Below, piece after piece: positions 51,756 to 62,780 of a DNA stretch of 64,000 nt; position 1 is the first letter of the stretch, and the number at the start of each line of letters is the position of its first letter. A program made the position numbers and the translations under genes. The stretch covers positions 3,765,158 through 3,829,157 of the forward strand of contig BDGG01000003.1 of NCBI GenBank assembly GCA_001949185.1, read 5' to 3'. Under the pieces are notes generated by a model. It saw only the letters and a program-made list of their open reading frames with translations. It did no database searches and was not told where the DNA came from. The stretch comes from Ramazzottius varieornatus (taxonomy: Eukaryota; Animalia; Tardigrada).

Positions 51756-52532
51756 TTAGGACGTGGCGCCACCTGCTGTGGTACCCGCCTCGGTTTTCCG
51801 CACTGTACAGTAGTACTTTCTATGGGCGAGGAACGTGGAGAGGTACTTGAAGGATATATCACAGTATTTACAAAACTTTTTCTTCTCCGGAAGGCCACTG
51901 TTGGCCATAGGGTTTGGAAGAACCCCATCAATCTTCGGGCGCTTAGAGACCACGCGTGAGGGAGATCTGCCGCCAGGTGTTCTGGTTCTCTGGACTTTGA
52001 CTTTCCCACTGACGTCTCTTGAATGACACTTGAAGTGGGAACGGAGACCTCGAACGGTGTTTGCGCGGAAAGCGCAGTCCGGACAGAAATGACCCTCGGA
52101 GCTCTTTGGTGAAGGCTTCTTCTCGTCGTCTGTCGTTCCATTCGTGCCAGATTCTTCGGGGGTCTTCGGGCCCTGGCCTTCCTCATCCTCGGAGAACTCT
52201 GGTACGTTCTTGGGTCTGGTATCAGCTTCCGCTGGAATTTCCGGAGCAGATTCTGGCCTTAGTCTTTTCATTCCATAACCGTTCGTCTCTTTGTGGTTGA
52301 TCGATACCGGTCTTTCAATCGCTGGCGCGGTCTTGGCGCAGTAGTAATTCGTGTGGACGAGAAGAGTCTTGGCGGAAGTGAAGCCAATGTTGCAGTGTAC
52401 GCATGGATAAGGCTTGGCTTTTTCTTTAGTCAGTAGCTGGACGATTTCTGACGAACTCTCCGAAAGAGAGGTGGATAACGATGGCTTCCTTGTTGAAAGA
52501 TCCAGCGGGATGTCGGACTGCTCTTGCGCCAT
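51756..52532 (-). CDS. Compact FOG/U-shaped (ZFPM)-like zinc-finger protein
   Basis: PLDLS CtBP motif; two FOG-type CCHC fingers (CVHCNIGF...HTNYYC; CKYCDISF...HRKYYC) and one C2H2 finger. Confidence 0.8.
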   Translation of the reverse strand: MAQEQSDIPLDLSTRKPSLSTSLSESSSEIVQLLTKEKAKPYPCVHCNIGFTSAKTLLVHTNYYCAKTAPAIERPVSINHKETNGYGMKRLRPESAPEIPAEADTRPKNVPEFSEDEEGQGPKTPEESGTNGTTDDEKKPSPKSSEGHFCPDCAFRANTVRGLRSHFKCHSRDVSGKVKVQRTRTPGGRSPSRVVSKRPKIDGVLPNPMANSGLPEKKKFCKYCDISFKYLSTFLAHRKYYCTVRKTEAGTTAGGATS

Positions 52533-54129
52533 CTACCTCTGCTGTAACCGAACGAAGGAATATCCAGGAGATCAAGCCGGAAACGTTGTTTATAGTTAGG
52601 ACTATTCTTACCAAGAAATTATGCTCCTGGCAAAATATTCCGCTGAAAAGGTTTTGACGGAATCGTCAGTGCAGATAATGGAGAGCCTTTGTTCGGCCGG
52701 AAACTGCGCACGTTAAGCCGTTACAGAACTGTCTGGCCGTACCTTTGCATGCACGTAGGAATGAAAGTGAGCAATACGACTTTTCGATTCTAATCAAACT
52801 CACAATCCTTATCTGCCACCATATAAATATCGCTTGCGCACAAAAGGTAGATCACACGGACATGCCAGCCGATATCGATGATATATCCGAGGCAGGTACT
52901 GCAGTCTCGATTGCAACAACAGATGTCTTATCTCTGTTAACTTTTGCGCCGGCTCGGTGTGCTGGAATATGATTACCGTTGGGTAAATGGCAATATTCAG
53001 TCAGCAGAGAGATATGAAAATACACAGAGTACGCGATTGTCAGAGGAGGAACAGCCTGCGTGAGGCTCAAATGCCGGCTGTTATACTGTACAGTATAGTA
53101 TCAGGATTCTGCTATCGGTCTCCGGATGACTTCGCCCCTGATAAGAGGCTGGAGAAGAAAAATGAAGATCCACGATTCGGTGGATTATGTGGTGTAGAAA
53201 ACGCTGGCTTGGAAAAAGAGAAACAGTCGCGATCGGCGGACGTTGAATGGGGAGCTGGCATGGCACAGGATAAAGATCTGGAAAATAGCTTCATGATCTT
53301 TCGGTCTATGAGCTATGGATTAATGATGACAGAGACTTCCTTATCTTCCTCCTCTCTATGGTATCACCCGCCAGCCTAGCTAGTCCCTGAATATCTACAC
53401 CAGCTGGATAGAAACTGATAAGCAGTCTATTTAGATAGACTTGGCTTGTCTAAAATCAGCCTCCGTGTTTTATGAAAAATCAATGTGCTTCCTTGGTCAT
53501 ACTGCCAATTTTTCTTATCTCGCCATCGCCAGCTGAAGAGCTCGCATCAACCTCTTTTCGTTGTATCGCTATCTTCGATAAGAATCTGCGAAGCTGCGCC
53601 TTGGATGCCTACAAGTTGCATGATAAATATGAGAGATAAGCTTCGCTGTCCTCCAAACGCGATTAAAGTTACAGTGATCGGATGAGGTTGAACTTTAACG
53701 AGAAGGTGGGCGAACGACCCAAGAAAATATCTCCTGAAGAGGGCAAAAAATTTGGTACATTCTCATCGATATAACCCCATGAGCTCACCCCGTTTTGAAT
53801 CACGGGCTACAACAGAAATTTCCCAGCGCCAGAATAGCGCTAGCCGTTTGTCACCCATTTGTGTTTCGACAGATCAACTCAAAGTCCGAAAACATAGTGA
53901 AACTCAAAAGAAGACCCGGAAGTATAACTAATTTCGTGGCTTTAGGGCAGGTCGGTGTCTGATGAGCCCTGCCGCTGATATTGACCACAGAGAGATGCAG
54001 CTGAACGATGTAAAGTACATTTCACATACTCGCACATGAAAAACTGTCCATTTCATTTTACCTTGAACTGATAATTTAGCGGAATTTTCTCCTCTCTTCG
54101 ACATAGGTTCCCGTATTCACCGGTGCACC

Positions 54130-54844
54130 ATGAACTCATCTGTCGCATTTTCATCTGTGCTTTTCCTCGTTGGAAGTGTGGTTGTTCTAAGATCGACCAA
54201 GGCTGTTCCGCTGGGTTCGTTGATGATTCCTCTGCCACTATATTTCATCTGATTGTTTTATACGGTGAACTTTTTTCTCGTTTACAGCGGCTCTGGATTG
54301 TCATACGCTGCAGAAGCTGACGAAAGGCGCGAACCCTACTGTGAAATGCGACCCAGAAACTGGTAAGCCGGCTGCACTTCAAACCAACGCGGAAGGACAA
54401 CAGCTGTGTACGGGGCCCGATGGTAGAATATTGCTCGGACCCAGCAAGGACCTGTCCACCTGCGAATGCATCATCAAGGCCGCTTCATGGAACTCAAACG
54501 CGAGCGCCACCGAAGCTGCACCCGTTTGTGACCCCAGAACTGGCGAGTACAGTCCTCAGCAGTGCGACAAGATGGGTTCCTGCTGGTGCGTCGACACGGA
54601 TGGCCGTCAGGTAAAAGTTCTCGAGAGAGGTCTTTGTAGGTCTTTGGAGTAACGCTAGGTTAAGTAACATACAAGAGACGCGACGGAATAATGATGGGAT
54701 ATGGTATGACTTTTACAGGTGGGTCTTCGATGGAATGCCAAGAATGTCACTGTGGATCTGACCAGGACCAATCAGCCCGACCGTCCAAGCTGCGAAACCA
54801 TGCGACAAATCTTCGGACATGGAAGTAGTGCCAAGAAGACCTAA
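54130..54844 (+). CDS. Secreted thyroglobulin type-1 repeat protein, paralogue 1 (3 exons)
   Basis: Signal peptide MNSSVAFSSVLFLVG...; PVCDPRTGEYSPQQCDKMGSCWCVDTDGRQ Tg1 motif. Confidence 0.8.
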
Positions 54845-55582
54845 AGAGGATCGATCACATGGTCACACGATGATGGTGCGGAGTGGCATCTGCAAGACTG
54901 CAACGAACCGCCAGCGAAGCTTCTGTTATGTTCGAGAAAATGAACGAACGGTGGCGAATGCAGCCAGCGGCGACTTTACCATGAACAGATATTTATATTG
55001 CTCAAAATCAACTGTCGGAAGCATTTTCCCCGTAAACTAAATTGTGATAGGAAACAAAACTCTGCGAAGAAGTCAGTACCAAGACTGTGCAAACTAACCG
55101 TGAATTGTATTTCTTCACTTACTAATTCGGACCGTCGGGTAGAATGCTCGTACGCCAGTGACATACCTGTAGGGTGAGGGGATTTCGTCTTGGTCGAGAA
55201 AAGGCCTGCAGTTGGGGGCCTTTCCTGGTCATGTGGGTTGCCAGATATTCAGCCAGGTGTCACCTGCAAAACAGCCTGAAGGAATACGATGGAAGAACAA
55301 CAATGTCATGTTCAAGCCGAGTTTTCAGGAAAATTATCATACTGATAATGGTTAACTCGTTTCAAGAAACACGTTTTTGTTTCGTACTTCATCCTTCTGC
55401 CAATGATAAACGTCTTTCATCCGTTGTCCTGCTTGCAAGAATACTTACACCCGGAGCCGCATGGTCGTCTGTTGCGCAGTCGTCGTTTTTCAGGTGGGCA
55501 ACCCTCGTTATTCGCTTCGATCCGTTCCTTTTCCAGGTCCTCACATTTGGACTCACGTGTACGAATCAAAATTTAACCGAGA

Positions 55583-56226
55583 ATGAGGATCACCACGTCA
55601 ATTCTTTTGGTGGCGTTCGGTGCGACTGTCTTGGCCAAAGAGATACCCGGTAAGGACTGTTCCTCTCAAATTATACTTTGGGTCATGCTCAACGCACCTG
55701 ACGTTCCTGTAATAAATAGCTCGATGTTTCAGACCCCGTTGACTGCGCGAAAATTAAGAGTGAGGCACCCGAAGGTTCGTCCTGGATCCCCCAGTGCGAC
55801 TTAGAGACTAACCAGCTGACGCCCCTGCAGAAGAATAATGCCGGTGAAAACTTTTGTATCGATATCTACACCGGTAGCATCTTGCTGCCACCTACCACCT
55901 CCTCCATCTCGTGCGATTGCCTTAACCAGAAGATCGTAGCCTCGAAGACCGCCAAGAAGCCTATGTACATCCCAGAATGCAATTCGACCACCGGAGCTTA
56001 CAAAACCACGCAGTGCAACCGCAAGAAGGAATGCTGGTGTGCAGAGGCGAAGACCGGCATGCAGTTAGGGCCACGATGGGGCAGGAAAACGTCGATCTTC
56101 TCTCTGGCCGGCATCGAAGACCCAGCCAAGGCAGTCACAGACCGCGACCAGCCTCGTCCAAGCTGTGAGATGCTCAACAACTTCTGGACCACCTGGGGAA
56201 ACCGCATGTGGAACCAACGAGCCTAG
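55583..56226 (+). CDS. Secreted thyroglobulin type-1 repeat protein, paralogue 2 (2 exons)
   Basis: Signal peptide MRITTSILLVAFGATVLA; YIPECNSTTGAYKTTQCNRKKECWCAEAKTG. Confidence 0.82.
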
Positions 56227-56327
56227 AAGACGGGAAGATACCTTTGTAACCATGTTGGTGCTCGATTGATTGTTGATTGATCTTCCGAAAAGGAACTACT
56301 GTGCGTACGTGTGCGCGCAATCAATTG

Positions 56328-56445
56328 GGAGCTGGACAAACAAGGTTCAAGATTGTCATCTTGAGCGGCGCACGCCAGCAGCTAGTGACAGCGAAAACGC
56401 GTGCCACTTGAGAAAACAATATTGCACTTTGTGTTTGCCAAGTTC
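56328..56445. repeat. Family A palindrome (intergenic)
   Basis: gagcggcgcac-N25-gcgtgccactt. Confidence 0.8.
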
Positions 56446-56766
56446 ACAGTTTTTTAAACAAGCTCTTCATTGCCGGTTTTTCCCATAGTATTCTGGTGCC
56501 TGTCTCGATTACAGTCTGAAGGTTCATAAATGCTCAGTTGTCTCATGGTTCGTGGAGTTCTAGAGTTAAAATAAGGGTGACCTTTAGGATCACACAGGGA
56601 AGGTCTTGGTTACCTTGGCCGATGACGAAAGAGGTTGGTCTTTAACTCGGCTAAGAGCCCCATCGTTCTTTTCTCCCATACGTATCCATCATGAAAAACA
56701 CCTCGTAGTACTGACCTGAAATACGGACCGCAGAAGGCAGTTGGGCAGAATTTGCGGTGGAATACC

Positions 56767-57877
56767 ATGGAACCTGTCTTACGGGCCGGTGACGAGGAGT
56801 TTTCTCCAGCCAGCGCCGCAACAGGTGGAGATGACTACGTCATTATATTTCTCTGTACTTTGGGAGCCTTTTACGCCGCAGTTGAGCTACTCAATAAATC
56901 CGTCGTTATTGCATTCCTTCGACACTTATGGAATTGTTCAACACCAGTCAGATCCGGCTTTTGTTTCCTGTGCTTCCTGGTGGGCGTTGGCTGGATCGCC
57001 CTTATGGAAACCGTCGTTCAAAAATTAGTGCCGGTTTATTTTATCACAAGTTGGGGTATCATTGCCTCATTCACGTTTCTTTCCCTTGCGTAAGTGAATC
57101 AAATTCGGTTTTACTATTAATCAATTGAGAGACGGGCAAATGAATCGAACCAGATCGTTCCAAGTGGCGCACGTCATCACTGTTATCAGCTGAAGTTGTG
57201 CGCCACTTGGAAAACGATCTGGTTCAAATACGCATGTCCCAGCTGCGTTTGGATGCTCGGGCGATTTCGAAAAAATAATCAATCAGTGCGTTGTTTTGAA
57301 CGTATGCTAATATCTAGCTCAGTTAGCTCTCACTGTGTTCCACATGCCAATTATTAAGTATTCTTTGTTATAGTGTTTCTCTTTCAGGGTTGGGGGACTA
57401 CGATTATTTGTTCGCAACGGGGTCGTAACTTCACATTTGGCAGCTGCTCTGGGAGTGATAGTACTTCCGGTCGAGATGATTCATTATTATCTGGTCAGAG
57501 GTTTCCGTCGCTGTGTTCCCCTTCCCGTATTATACGCCCTAGCGCCATTAGTCCTCGTGCTATACATCCGGAAACACCTGTACAGACTAGGCATGTTCTG
57601 TGGGCGGAAGCTGCCTACAGACCCATGTCCACCGGTAGAACCCTGTGCTTGTCCGTCTACCGATTCATATCCGACCGAAGAATCGATATTGTCAGACAAC
57701 GGGTGTATCGACGACGGAGCCTGGGCAGCCGAGTTCGAAGCCTACCGAAAACTGGGACGGTCCGAACTACAAAGACTAGAAAACCTGGCGCTTTGTATAG
57801 ACCCAGATTTTGGGAGATATGACTGGGATGCCAAATCGGCTGTGCAATACACTCGTCAATGCAACAAGTGCCATTGA
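56767..57877 (+). CDS. Orphan multi-pass membrane protein, paralogue 1 (2 exons)
   Basis: Phase-2 intron 57090-57387 joins hydrophobic exons in frame; clearly similar to 58200-59234. Confidence 0.7.
57131..57244. repeat. Family A palindrome (intron)
   Basis: gaaccagatcgtt ccaagtggcgcac-N25-gtgcgccacttgg aacgatctggttc. Confidence 0.92.
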
Positions 57878-58199
57878 CACGCACAGCCTCTTCTGCCTAA
57901 CGTTTCTATCTAAAATTGTTGTACCTGTCCAGTCTCTTTTTCCAAGTGTCTCGTCTTTCCTTGTTGTCTTTCGTTGAGTTTTCTTGGTCCACTGAATCGT
58001 CTGCAAAAGGTTTTTCTCAGTCAAGCGGATAAGTTTCAACAATACTCGGTTACCGTAGTTTCCGCCAAAATCTTCCGGTGCGCCACTTTCACTACACAAT
58101 ACCGTGGTGGATTTTATGCATTTGAGATTCCGCTCTATTGAGCTACGTGGAAGATGGTCCGGAGGAAGCTAAAAAGAAAACGTCGTTAGAGAAGGAAGA

Positions 58200-59234
58200 A
58201 TGTCATGTACATCGGAGGCTTGTCGCGCCACCCTTGGGGCCAGTGCTGATAATTATGTCATGTTCTTTGTTGCCGGTCTGGCTGCTTATCATGGAGCTGT
58301 GCATTTTCTGAATGATCTGCGTGTTCTGCGTTTTACCAAGGCTGTTTCCACGTTTGGATTATATCAGCAAATTCTCTTTGGACTTATTTGTTGTTTGATG
58401 TCTGTTGGATGGTTGGTGGCGCTGGAGTACGCCATTCAACTATACGTACCGGAATTCCAGATATCCAACCTAGCTGGAGTTCCTGTCGGTTTCATTGTTC
58501 TTCTTGGGTATGTGACCGTAACAGTATACCCAGTACTGTAACAGAAACTTTAGAGAGAATACGCCGGTCAAACTTCTCTTAAATTTAAACGGCCGGCAAA
58601 CAAACGAAATAGTCAAGTCAAGTGGCGCACGGTTTCAGCCACTAACAATGAAAAGTTGCGCTACTTGGCACAGCACATGCTTTTACGTTTCGTTTGCTGT
58701 CTTCCCATTTTTTGCTTTCGTTCATTGATCGTAATACTGATACAGTAGTCATGCGTTGGGTAATTACTCACAGTTTCCTTCGATGTGCTCACCAGAATTT
58801 TGATTCTCTGCAGGCTGGGACTTCTAAGCCTTTATATTCAGGATAACTTCGTAGCTTTCCGTATTTCCGCCGCCATTCTGATGCCAATGCTGCAAGTGGC
58901 GGCCCTACACTACTACATTATCAGCGACTTCCGCCAGTGCATTCCCCTGCCTGTTTTATACGTATTGATCCCCGGCGTCATAGCCGCACTCACCTGGAAA
59001 CACATGGAGCCTTTTATCACGGGTGTGCGCGCAACAAGCAGATATCAAGATAACCCCGAACGAGAAACTAAGCGCAAAGTACCTGCTAACTTTCGGAATA
59101 GAACAACTTCTGCTTTCAAATCAGTTGACAATGACTCCAGCCCCGGTTTTGATTATGCTGATTTTAATTGGAATTACACTGATCATCCACTGTATCGAAA
59201 TGATTTCGACACGTACAGCCGACATTCACGATAA
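58200..59234 (+). CDS. Orphan multi-pass membrane protein, paralogue 2 (2 exons)
   Basis: Same phase-2 intron position; shared motifs D.YV.F....AFY.AV..LN and HYY....FR.C.PLPVLY.L.P. Confidence 0.7.
58591..58700. repeat. Family A palindrome (intron)
   Basis: aagtggcgcac-N25-ttgcgctactt. Confidence 0.8.
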
Positions 59235-59489
59235 AGTAAAGCAAAATCAGTGGCAACTACTTTTAGCTACGCCTAGCGGAAAGTCGTTAGCAGATCTAAG
59301 AAAAGTCAAGACAAGAAGTACCATATTCGTGGGTAACAGGTAAATGCTAAAACAAAAAACAGGCCGGAGCCCCTTGTACAGACCGAACGACGTATTCTCG
59401 TGCGATCTGACACGATGCTCAATAAAAAATGCTATAAAAACTGCTCGAACGTGCTAAGCGACTGACCTGAACCTGGAGGATGCTTCCTT

Positions 59490-62400
59490 TCACATAATGA
59501 CACAGTTCTTCTGCAAAAAGAAAGACAAGTCCATTCCAATGTTGCCAATCAAATCCGAATAACTCTTCGCACCTGCGTACAAAGGCTCATGCATATATCA
59601 TGATTCATGACGCACAGTATGCGGGTGCGCGACAGGACCAGAGGCGTGGCTCCTTCATTCGTATGGGACGTCACATACAGAAACCAACTCTCCAAAAGTA
59701 CTATCGAAAAGTGCAGCAGTTTTGAGAGTACAAGTACCACGCAAAACAGCATGGTACATTTTTTACTAATGTCACAGTATAGATCAGAACTGATATGCAT
59801 CAGTTTTGATCTATACTACAGTATGGTTCAAAACAGTAGGGTACTTTTTTGGTATATGCAACAGTATAGTTGGAAACAGCAGGGTACGTTTTTGGCCTAT
59901 ACNNNNNNNNNNNNNNNNNNNNNNNNNNNNNNNNNNNNNNNNNNNNNNNNNNTGGTCAGTTCCATCGACGACTTCATTATCGTTATCGATGAGGCGGAGT
60001 CGCTTTGGCAGTCCCGAGGGTCCCAGCAGAGAAGTATCGTGGGAGGACGAGCGGGCCATTTCCCGTTTAGCCACTTCAACGTTGTCCGCGTCGTACAGCC
60101 GGACCACCGTGACGTCTCCTACCAGCCAGCGTCCTTCCATGACGATATCGGTCGGTGGTTCGTGGACTATGTTCGTGTTGGCGGACCAAATCTGTCAAGC
60201 AAGCGGACATAAGATAGTTAACTTCACAGCTTGACACTTTCTGCTACTTAAGTATGACACACCGTCATGCCCGAATGAGCCCTCAGTGTTTGGTTGCGAT
60301 GAATGGTGTAACGGCTTTCCGACTGCGAACCGTTATCCGACACCATGTGCAGCTGCCATCCGCCGATCATAATGTCCTACAACACACCAGCAAACCTTTG
60401 TGTGCCCACATCACCATGAATAAGGCCAAAAAAGTATTCATACTTGGTTAGACTTGTTCTCCAGCTTGACGAACTGTCCTTCAGCGTCAATCTCCACAAT
60501 GTGGACCACTCCAGTGGCCGAGGCTTCATTTCGGAAGCGAGTGTGGGTAACTTGGCTGGATTCCTGAGTCAGGCGGCGTTTCTTTCCTCGGCGAGCACTG
60601 TCCGGTGTGGAAGGGAATGGCGGAGACTGCATATTCAACCTGTCAAGGCAAAATCATGAGGATTTCAGTACTTAGAACTTCTATTCGGCCTCTTCATTCT
60701 GATTCTTTTCGTTTCGTAAGCGAACACCGGACAGTTTTCATATCAAATTTCTAAGTTTAGGAGCTCGGCAAACAACCTTGATAAGATCAATTTCCAAAGT
60801 GGCGCATACTTCCAGCCAATAACACTGAGAACGTGCGCCACTTGAACACAATCTCATCGAGTTTGATCCTGAATGATCCTTACCGAGCTTCTTCGCTCTT
60901 CAACAGAGCATGGTACGTCGCCAGCTCAGCATCCAGCTGAATCTTCTCGTCCAACAGCAGTTGGTACTCAGTCAGCTGGCTGGACAAGTCATGATGAGTC
61001 TTTTGCAGTTCGGCTTGTCGGTCAGCCAGCAGTTGTTGCAGTCGCTGCAAGTCGGCGTCCTTCTGGTTGAGCTCGGCCTGCAGTTTGGTCACCTGGGCTC
61101 GCAGGTCCCGTAGGTCGCGCTCACTCTTACCCTGCAGCTCCTTCAGTCGGTTCTGAGCTTCCTTGAGGTCGTCAAAGACGTGGCGCGCGTCGTTGGCATA
61201 GCGGTTGGCCAAATTCTGCAGATCTTCCATCTGCGCACCGTAGCTGTGCTCCAGCTCTTCACGAGTCTCTCGAGCCACGGCCTCCAACTCAGCGCGCAGC
61301 TGATCCAGCTGGTCCACCATCTTGCTATTGTAGTCGTCGTGCAGACGAGTCTCCACTTCTGTAACTTCCACCGTTCGCTGTTCGCGCAGCGATCGAACTT
61401 GCTACAATACACCGAAATATCCGGAGATTATTCCATAAGAGAATAAAGAACCTAGATCAACACTAAACATTTTCTCGATTTCCACTGCAGAAATGGGACG
61501 TTCGCAAATGAGTTGAGCCAGACGTCATCTTAAGCGGCGCAAGTTTCCATGGTAAGAGGGTGTAAGTATGCGCCACTTGGGAAAACGATCTGGTTCGAGA
61601 ATCTGCTCACGTCCAAATTTGAAGTGAGACAAACCTCATCGTGCAGAGTTCGCTGGAACTTGTTCTCTTCCTTCTCGGACAACAGGCGATTCTCCGCGTC
61701 CACCCTCAAGACCGTCTCACGCTGCAGCTCCTTCTTCAGCGTGTCGTTCTGCGTCTTCAGAAGCCTGATCTCATCATTCAAAGCCTGCGAAAGATTCACA
61801 ATGGATAAAGCATACCGTCCCAGGTTTACCGAAGTACAGAGCTCGGCTCACGTTGATTTGGTTATCATGATCGCGTTTGTTGTCTCGTTCACGCGACAAC
61901 TCAGCTCGGATATCCTTCAGCTGCGACTCCAAGTCTCGAATCTTTTTCTTCAAGCTCGCGTTGTCCTTCTCCAGCTGAGCACGACTACAATAAAAAGATC
62001 ATCGGACATCCCCCAACACCCACAAACCCCATCATGATGTTGTGAAAGCAATTGTGACCTACTTGTCTTGGTCGGCCAGCAGAGCGTCGCGTTCAGTAGT
62101 GGCAGCTGCCAGATCTTTGCTGACTTCGTCCAAAGCTTTGCGCAAATTGGCAATCTCAGATTCATAGCGATCCCGCAGACGTGTAGCTTCTTGCGATTCC
62201 TGCGTATTGACCGTCTCGATCTTGCGCTGCGAAAGTAATCCAAATAGTTCATATATCCATTAGTAAAGTAATCAAATAAAGCCATACTCTCATCCACCTG
62301 CATACAGTGAACTTTACCATTAATTGCCTTACAAAGTTACAATCAGCATAGAAGTGCACGAAAGCTCAACGGCAAATGCTCTCGTTCTCCACGCACCTGC

Positions 62401-62780
62401 ATGCACTTGCCTGTATGTAACGCACAGCACAGAAGTATGCAGGTACCTAAAAGTCTAGAATGAAAAGATCTACTTACTCTCAGAACTGTGATTTCTTCCT
62501 GTTGGGCTCTGATGGTGTCGATGTAGTGAGCTAGGCGACTGTTGAGGCTTTTCAGCTCCTCTTTCTCTTGATGACGGGTTAGAGGGGAACCTGCCAGACC
62601 GGAACCTCCGACTTCCGGCACGGCTGCTCCGGCCGACGGTGTACGATGAGTGCGCGTTTCTAGCTCTTGTCGTTCGTAGATGGTTTGTGTCGTGCTGGAC
62701 GACGACGTTTCCGAACGGCTGGTGCTCTGGGCTTGAGCTTTCTGGACCGAACCTCCGCGTTTCTTCGTTTGGGAAGACAT
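59490..62780 (-). CDS. Nuclear lamin (B-type architecture)
   Basis: SPLTRHQEKEELKSLNSRLAHYID; RVDAENRL; LDAELATYHALLKSEEARL; NLS RRGKKRRL; Ig-fold (VEIDAEGQFVKLENKS, IGGWQL, IWSA); terminal micro-exon KNCVIM* (CaaX) at 59490-59510. Confidence 0.93.
59730..59902. repeat. ~43-bp degenerate minisatellite with a palindromic unit, adjoining the assembly gap (lamin intron)
   Basis: Units cagtat.g..(a)aaacag.a.ggtac.tttt; gtatagatcagaactgat/atcagttttgatctatac inverted repeat. Confidence 0.6.
60760..60870. repeat. Family A palindrome (lamin intron)
   Basis: aagtggcgcat-N25-gtgcgccactt. Confidence 0.88.
61496..61614. repeat. Family A palindrome (lamin intron)
   Basis: aagcggcgcaa-N25-atgcgccactt; ggacg/cgtcc ends. 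Confidence 0.85.
62390..62450. repeat. Family B inverted repeat (lamin intron)
   Basis: acctgcatgca-N28-agtatgcaggt; an extra left arm tcatccacctgcataca lies at ~62290. Confidence 0.7.

Noticed and set aside
59490-62780. Cytoplasmic lamin derivative (cytotardin-like)
   Set aside because: NLS, Ig-fold and CaaX are all present, so it is a conventional nuclear lamin.
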